Part shown: positions 58,723 to 64,000 of the stretch, in pieces
Layout: each line of letters opens with the position of its first letter
Position numbering within the stretch: the first letter of the stretch is position 1
Source: Planctomycetota bacterium
GTDB lineage: Bacteria; Planctomycetota; GCA-002687715; CAIWVZ01
Length of the DNA: 64,000 bases
Assembly (NCBI GenBank): GCA_044222185.1
Contig: JBGANV010000011.1
Coordinates: 1 to 64,000, forward strand
Direction of reading: 5' to 3'
The notes under the pieces: generated by a model
What the model was told of the DNA's origin: nothing
The model's database searches: none
Seen by the model: the letters and a program-made list of their open reading frames with translations, nothing else
Made by a program: the position numbers and the translations under genes

Positions 58723-61392
58723 ATGCGAAACGACCGTGTCCACGACGGCGCCCGGCGGCGGATCCTGACACTGGGAGTGCTCATCGTCGCTGCCTGGAGT
58801 GCGGCGCCGGCATGCAATGCGCAAGTCAACCAGGGAATCATCGAAGCCGCCGTCGTCGTCGGTGGCGTCGACACGGACTTCCGTGCGCTCTCGGACCTCG
58901 ACGGCGATGGACTGAAGGAGGCGGTCAGCGTCGCCTTCCCTGGAACGAACCTCGTGGTGCAGGCCTGGCGCTTCGGCGTGACGCAGCCCACGATCGCGTG
59001 GCAAGTGACGTACCCGAACGTCGCGAACCCGGCCCCGTCGCGCGTGGCCGCGGGCGACTTCGACGGCGACGGACGCGAGGATTTCGCGCTCTCGATCGAC
59101 GGCACCGTGGGATGGTGGCTGTCGAACGGCACCGCCGCGCCCCCGTCGATTCCGTGGATCGTCGTGGCCGGGGGAAGCGTCGTCGGCCTCATCGCCGCCG
59201 ACTTCAACGACGATGGACGCGCCGATCTTGCCGTGCAGACGTCATCCTCGGTCTCGATCTACACCACGCAGGCCGTGGGACCGCCGATCCTCACCGGGAC
59301 GACGGGCGTGCCCGTCATCATCGGGGCGACGCACATGTTCCTGGCGGAGGCGAACACCGATCGGACTCCGGACCTCGCGCTCACGCTCGCGTCCGGCGGC
59401 GTGCAGGTGCGATTGCACGCGGTGACGAATGGCGTGATCGGAAACCCGCAGGTCCTCGGCCCCGTCATCGTGACGAGCCAGGCTCCCACGGGCGCCAGCG
59501 GGGACATCGACGGAGATGGCGATTCGGACATCGTCGTCTTCGCGAACAACTCCCGATCCGTGCTACGCCGAGTCGGACCGACGACCTACTCGATCGAAGC
59601 GTCGCAACCGGCCGGCGCTGCGAGCCTGCTCGCCGACATCGATGGCGACGGAACTCTCGATGGCGTCGGTTACGCGACGACGGCCCCCGCCGGTGCGGCG
59701 ACGACGACGACCGGCGCGCGCTTCGCGCTCCAGCTCAACGCGGGTGGCGGCGCGCTCGGGTTCCCGTTCTCCATCGCAGCGGTCGGTGGAAACACGCTCG
59801 CGGGCGCCACCGACCTGGATGGCGACGGCGACATCGATCTCGTGGGCGGTCGCTGTGTCGACTGGACCGCGCCCGGGTTCCCACAGCCGCCGCACGCGAT
59901 CGGGCTCACCGTCGAGCCGGGAACGATTCCGTTCGACTTCGATCGGGACGGCGACCCGGATCTCGGGTTCGGGTTCACGAACGTCGTGCGGAACGAGGGT
60001 GACAGCACGTTCGTGACGCTCTCCCCGACCATCGCACCGTTGACGCTTCCATCCGGAGGCGCCCTCGCTGGGACCGGCCTCGCCGGAGATTTCGACGGTG
60101 ACGGCGCCGCCGACATCCTCGTCCGGCGCCTGATCACCGGTCCGCCTCCCCGCCTGCTGCGCAATTCGGGCGGCGGCGGACTCGTCGATGGTGGCGATGC
60201 ATCGGCTCCCGGCACGTCTCCGTTCGAACTCGTTCTGCCCACGTCGCTCACGATCCAGATCCAGGCGACACCGCAAAACGGTCTCGTCGCCGACGTGGAC
60301 GGAGATGGCGACCAGGACATCGTGGTCCGATTCCTCCCGACGACGTCGGTGCCGTCGACCGTCTGCCGTGTGTGGCTGAACGACGGCAACGGGTTCTTCG
60401 CGCCCGGGGTCCAACTCAACGGCGAGTACCCGCTCGCAGCGGCCGACCTGGACGGGGATTCGATCATCGACCTGGTCGTCGCGTCCCAGACGACGGGAAC
60501 GATCTCGGGAGCGCTCCGCTTCCTCCACGGACTCGGCGGAGGCGCATTCGGCGGCGCGACGACGATCGAGCCTGCGTTCGATCTGCGCTCGACGATCGCC
60601 GTCGGCGACGTGGATGGCGACGGCGATCTGGACCTCGGCGTCTCGGCCGCGACGACACTCTCCGTGCGCCTGAACGGCGGCAGCGGAAACTTCACGACGG
60701 CGCTCCTCGGCACCGCCGAGGCACCTTCGGGTACGCCGTTCGGGTCGCCGACGGAGCCGATCCACCGCGCGTTCTTCGCCGACATGAACGGCGATGGGTC
60801 GTTGGATTTCGTCGGCGGCCCGGTCGCTTCGGCCGGCGCGGCGTACGCCTTCGTTCCGGCGACGGCGCCCGGCGTGTTCGGGACGCCCATCGTCCAACCG
60901 CTCGACGTCCGGATCGTCGCGGACTTCGATGGTGACGGCGACGTCGACGTCGCAACCGGAGACCAGGTCGGTCTCAATGCGCGATACGTCCACGGATTGG
61001 GTGGCGTGCGGTCGCAGCATGGTTCCGCCCTCGCGGGAAGCGCTGGATTCGTGCCCGTTCTCGGGGACGTGGGCCCGTTCCGCGTCGGGACGTCCGGCGC
61101 GATCCGAATCACGAACGGATTGGGTGGCGCCCAGGGCTGGCTCGTGCTCGGACTCGCCGAGGTCTCCGTCCCCATTGCCGGTGGAATCCTCCAGGTCTCG
61201 CCCGACATTCTGCTCCCGATCCAACTCGACCATGCAGCTGGCGGCGCGGGTCGAGGGAGTCTGTCGATCCCCTGGACGCTGCCGGCATCGATCGCGGGAT
61301 GGACGCTCCATCACCAGGTGGCGTTGAGTGACGCGGCCGCCCCGTTCGGCGTCTCGTTCACGCGCGTGTTGTCCGTCAACGTGGGGCTCTGA
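58723..61392 (+). CDS. Secreted FG-GAP/VCBS-repeat protein, paralog 1
   Basis: Signal ..AAPACNA/Q; more than 10 D[FLIV]DGDGxxD loops; about 125-aa C-terminal domain. Confidence 0.88.
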   Translation: MRNDRVHDGARRRILTLGVLIVAAWSAAPACNAQVNQGIIEAAVVVGGVDTDFRALSDLDGDGLKEAVSVAFPGTNLVVQAWRFGVTQPTIAWQVTYPNVANPAPSRVAAGDFDGDGREDFALSIDGTVGWWLSNGTAAPPSIPWIVVAGGSVVGLIAADFNDDGRADLAVQTSSSVSIYTTQAVGPPILTGTTGVPVIIGATHMFLAEANTDRTPDLALTLASGGVQVRLHAVTNGVIGNPQVLGPVIVTSQAPTGASGDIDGDGDSDIVVFANNSRSVLRRVGPTTYSIEASQPAGAASLLADIDGDGTLDGVGYATTAPAGAATTTTGARFALQLNAGGGALGFPFSIAAVGGNTLAGATDLDGDGDIDLVGGRCVDWTAPGFPQPPHAIGLTVEPGTIPFDFDRDGDPDLGFGFTNVVRNEGDSTFVTLSPTIAPLTLPSGGALAGTGLAGDFDGDGAADILVRRLITGPPPRLLRNSGGGGLVDGGDASAPGTSPFELVLPTSLTIQIQATPQNGLVADVDGDGDQDIVVRFLPTTSVPSTVCRVWLNDGNGFFAPGVQLNGEYPLAAADLDGDSIIDLVVASQTTGTISGALRFLHGLGGGAFGGATTIEPAFDLRSTIAVGDVDGDGDLDLGVSAATTLSVRLNGGSGNFTTALLGTAEAPSGTPFGSPTEPIHRAFFADMNGDGSLDFVGGPVASAGAAYAFVPATAPGVFGTPIVQPLDVRIVADFDGDGDVDVATGDQVGLNARYVHGLGGVRSQHGSALAGSAGFVPVLGDVGPFRVGTSGAIRITNGLGGAQGWLVLGLAEVSVPIAGGILQVSPDILLPIQLDHAAGGAGRGSLSIPWTLPASIAGWTLHHQVALSDAAAPFGVSFTRVLSVNVGL

Positions 61393-61475
61393 GGCCGGAG
61401 TTTCGATCGCACGAAAAGCGCGCGCCGCATCGCCGGCCGCGCACGGATGCGTTGCTTCGAAGGAAGGACCGAATC

Positions 61476-64000
61476 ATGAAGAACCTGATCCGCGCAAGCG
61501 TCCCGAAGGGCACCCGCTCGAGGGCCGGCGTCGCGTTCCTGTTCGCGGGCCTCGTCGTCGTTGGCGCCACCGCCCAGGAGTCCAGAGCGATCTTCGACCT
61601 GCCCATCGCCGTCGCGCCCCCGTCGACCGATTTCCGCGCGCTGGCGGACTGCGACGGTGATGGACGGAAGGAAGCCATCAGCGTCAACTTCCCCAACGCG
61701 TCGACGATCGTCGTGCAGGCTTGGCGCTTTGGAACGGCGGCACCGAGCCTCGGCTGGCAGGCGACGTACTCGGGTTTCACACCGGGCAGTGCGCTCGCGA
61801 CGACGATCGCCGTGGGAGACTTCAACGCGGACGGCCGCGACGACTTCGCGCTATCCGTCGACAACGCCATCGGTTGGTGGTTCTCGAACGGCGCAACGAC
61901 TTCGCCCACCGTTTCGTGGGTGCTGACGCGTCCCTCGAGCATCCGCAGCATGGTCGCTGCCGACTTCGATGGCGACGGACGGGACGACCTCGTGACGCTC
62001 GACGCGACGGACATCGAGTTGTTCGTCACGCCGTCGATCGGGATACCGACCGTGACGACCTCCACGCTGGGCCCGCCCAGCCCGAGCGTCAGCGCGACGC
62101 TGTTCCGCGTCGACGCGAACGGCGACGCGAGTCCCGACTTTGGAATCAGCTACGTCGCGCCCTTCACCAGCACCGTGACCGTGAAGCTCTACCCGGTCAC
62201 CGGCGGCATCATCGGTGCACCGGCGACGATCGCCTCGATCGCGATCCTGGGCTCGGTGCCGGTCCCGGTCCCGGGTGACCTCGATGGCGATGGCGACGAG
62301 GACATCACGATCTTCTCCGTGACGTCGCACGCGACGCTCCGCCGGACGAGTCCGACGTCGTTCACCGTCGAGCCGACCGTCCCAGGCAAGACGGCGTCGG
62401 CCCTGGCAGATGTCGACGGTGACGGACACCGGGACGCCGTCGGGTATCTGGGCACGAACCTCGGTCTGCCTGGTTCCGTGAACGGCGGCACACCGGGGTC
62501 CATCTTCATCCACCGGAACGATGGGGCCGGCAACCTCCTGCCGCCCGAGACCATCGAAGCCATCGGGTGGGCGACGCTCGCGGGAGTCGCCGATCTGGAT
62601 GGCGACGGCGATCAGGACATCGTGGCCGGGCGTTGCGTCCGGTGGACGACGGGCGGTCGCCCGACCCGATCGGACATCAGCGCGTCCGTCACGCAGTATC
62701 CCTGGGTCGTCGACGACGTCGATCGCGACGGCGATCCGGACCTGGGGGTCCGCGTCGAGTTCGGCGGGACCCCAGCCGTCACGACGACGTCGATCGTCCG
62801 CAACGAAGGCGACGGCACCTTCGTCACGGCGGCGGTCACCGCCATCGGAACGACGTCCGGCGTCTACAACGGGCCGGGAATCCAAGGTGACTTCGACGGC
62901 GATGGCGCGGTCGACGTGCTCATCGCCAACGCGGCATCGATCACGGCACCGACCTCGGTCGCGCACCTGCTGCGAAACCTCGGCGGAGGATCGTTCGTCG
63001 ACGTGGGACCTGCAGCGCCTGGGCCCCAGTACCCCTGGCAGGCATTCCAAGTCAACCACTACTACTACGCCCACCGCCTGACGGCCGTCGTCGCGGACGT
63101 CGACCTGGACGGCGACTTGGACGTCGTGCATCGCACCTGGGTCGGCGCGGGCGGGTTCACCGATCCCGAGAGCGTCGTCTGGCTCAACTCCGGCACCGGG
63201 TTCTTCACCACGCTCTCGCCGATCGCAGGTGTCGAGGTGTTGGAGATCGCCGACTTCGACGGCGACCACGTGCCGGATGCGCTCGCCGCCCGCGGCCTCG
63301 GCGGCACGGCGGCGCAGTTGGCGATTCTCCACGGCTACGGGAACGGCACGTTTGCGGCGCCAACGCCATTGCCCATCGGATTCGACACGCGTTTTCGCGT
63401 GGGTGTGGCGGACGTCGACGGCGACGGGGACATGGACGTCGGGGTCGCCAACCCGCTGATGCTCCTTCGCAACCAGGGCAACGGCACGTTCCAGCAGACG
63501 ACGCTCGCGGCGACGCTGGCCGTCCCGCCGTCGAGCACGAACTACTCGCTTCCGCCGGTGACGCTGAACCAGGCGTTCTTCATCGACGCGAACGGTGACG
63601 GAATGCTCGACCTCGTCGGAGGTCCGCTGGCCGAAGCGCCCGGCGCCATGGGGATCTGCCTCGCGACGGCGCCGGGCAACTTCGCACCGCCGATCATTCA
63701 GCCCGTCATCGCCACGTCCTTCGCCGACATCGACGGCGACGGAGACCTCGATGCGATCACCGTCAACGGCGCCATCATGGGGAACGCCTTCCGTGGACCG
63801 GCTGCGGGACGACGGACTCAGCACGGCGTCGGTCTGGCAGGAACCGCGGGCATCGAGCCCGTGATCGGCGACGAAGGGCCATTCCGGACTGGAATCAACG
63901 GGGCCGTTCGGATCACGAACGGGCTCGGCGGCGCCGCGGGCTGGTTCATCCTCTCGACGGCGACTGCATCCGTGCCCGTTCTCGGCGGACTCTTGCAGGT
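61476..64000 (+). CDS. Secreted FG-GAP/VCBS-repeat protein, paralog 2 (3' end outside window)
   Basis: Not in ORF track; ATG 61476 after AGGAAGGA; MKNLIRAS..LVVVGATA/QES..TDFRALADCDGDGRKEAISV..VVQAWRFG colinear with paralog 1; frame consistent at window end (GGLLQ). Confidence 0.88.
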   Translation, partial: MKNLIRASVPKGTRSRAGVAFLFAGLVVVGATAQESRAIFDLPIAVAPPSTDFRALADCDGDGRKEAISVNFPNASTIVVQAWRFGTAAPSLGWQATYSGFTPGSALATTIAVGDFNADGRDDFALSVDNAIGWWFSNGATTSPTVSWVLTRPSSIRSMVAADFDGDGRDDLVTLDATDIELFVTPSIGIPTVTTSTLGPPSPSVSATLFRVDANGDASPDFGISYVAPFTSTVTVKLYPVTGGIIGAPATIASIAILGSVPVPVPGDLDGDGDEDITIFSVTSHATLRRTSPTSFTVEPTVPGKTASALADVDGDGHRDAVGYLGTNLGLPGSVNGGTPGSIFIHRNDGAGNLLPPETIEAIGWATLAGVADLDGDGDQDIVAGRCVRWTTGGRPTRSDISASVTQYPWVVDDVDRDGDPDLGVRVEFGGTPAVTTTSIVRNEGDGTFVTAAVTAIGTTSGVYNGPGIQGDFDGDGAVDVLIANAASITAPTSVAHLLRNLGGGSFVDVGPAAPGPQYPWQAFQVNHYYYAHRLTAVVADVDLDGDLDVVHRTWVGAGGFTDPESVVWLNSGTGFFTTLSPIAGVEVLEIADFDGDHVPDALAARGLGGTAAQLAILHGYGNGTFAAPTPLPIGFDTRFRVGVADVDGDGDMDVGVANPLMLLRNQGNGTFQQTTLAATLAVPPSSTNYSLPPVTLNQAFFIDANGDGMLDLVGGPLAEAPGAMGICLATAPGNFAPPIIQPVIATSFADIDGDGDLDAITVNGAIMGNAFRGPAAGRRTQHGVGLAGTAGIEPVIGDEGPFRTGINGAVRITNGLGGAAGWFILSTATASVPVLGGLLQ

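Overview
GC-rich bacterial chromosome segment, probably Planctomycetota (inferred from the ECF sigma/Ser-Thr kinase pair, DUF1570 protein, Tat-exported TIM barrel and the style of secreted proteins). About 33 CDS; no rRNA, tRNA, CRISPR array, transposase, integrase or reverse transcriptase recognised. Left to right: (1) 5' part of a giant minus-strand surface protein missing from the ORF track (start 7141, runs off the left edge), with >=22 tandem 252-bp four-Cys HYR-like repeats and a probable Cys-Gln thioester-domain (TED)-like insert; (2) three paralogous secreted nidogen(NIDO)-like proteins, one frameshifted; (3) housekeeping genes (anion permease, PAP2, gap, trmB, GT2, uup); (4) secreted Ig/beta-propeller proteins downstream of an ECF sigma + TPR Ser/Thr kinase pair; (5) an HK-RR-HEAT operon; (6) a convergent pair of paralogous NLR-like genes (NDT/TIR-like effector + pseudo-NDT + NACHT + FGE/CLec) whose 3' ends resemble DGR variable regions and share a conserved non-coding 13-mer after the stop - the best candidate for an undescribed system; (7) an atypical cbb3-type oxidase operon lacking canonical ccoP; (8) two tandem FG-GAP/VCBS paralogs. 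All calls come from manual motif reading; no database searches were run.
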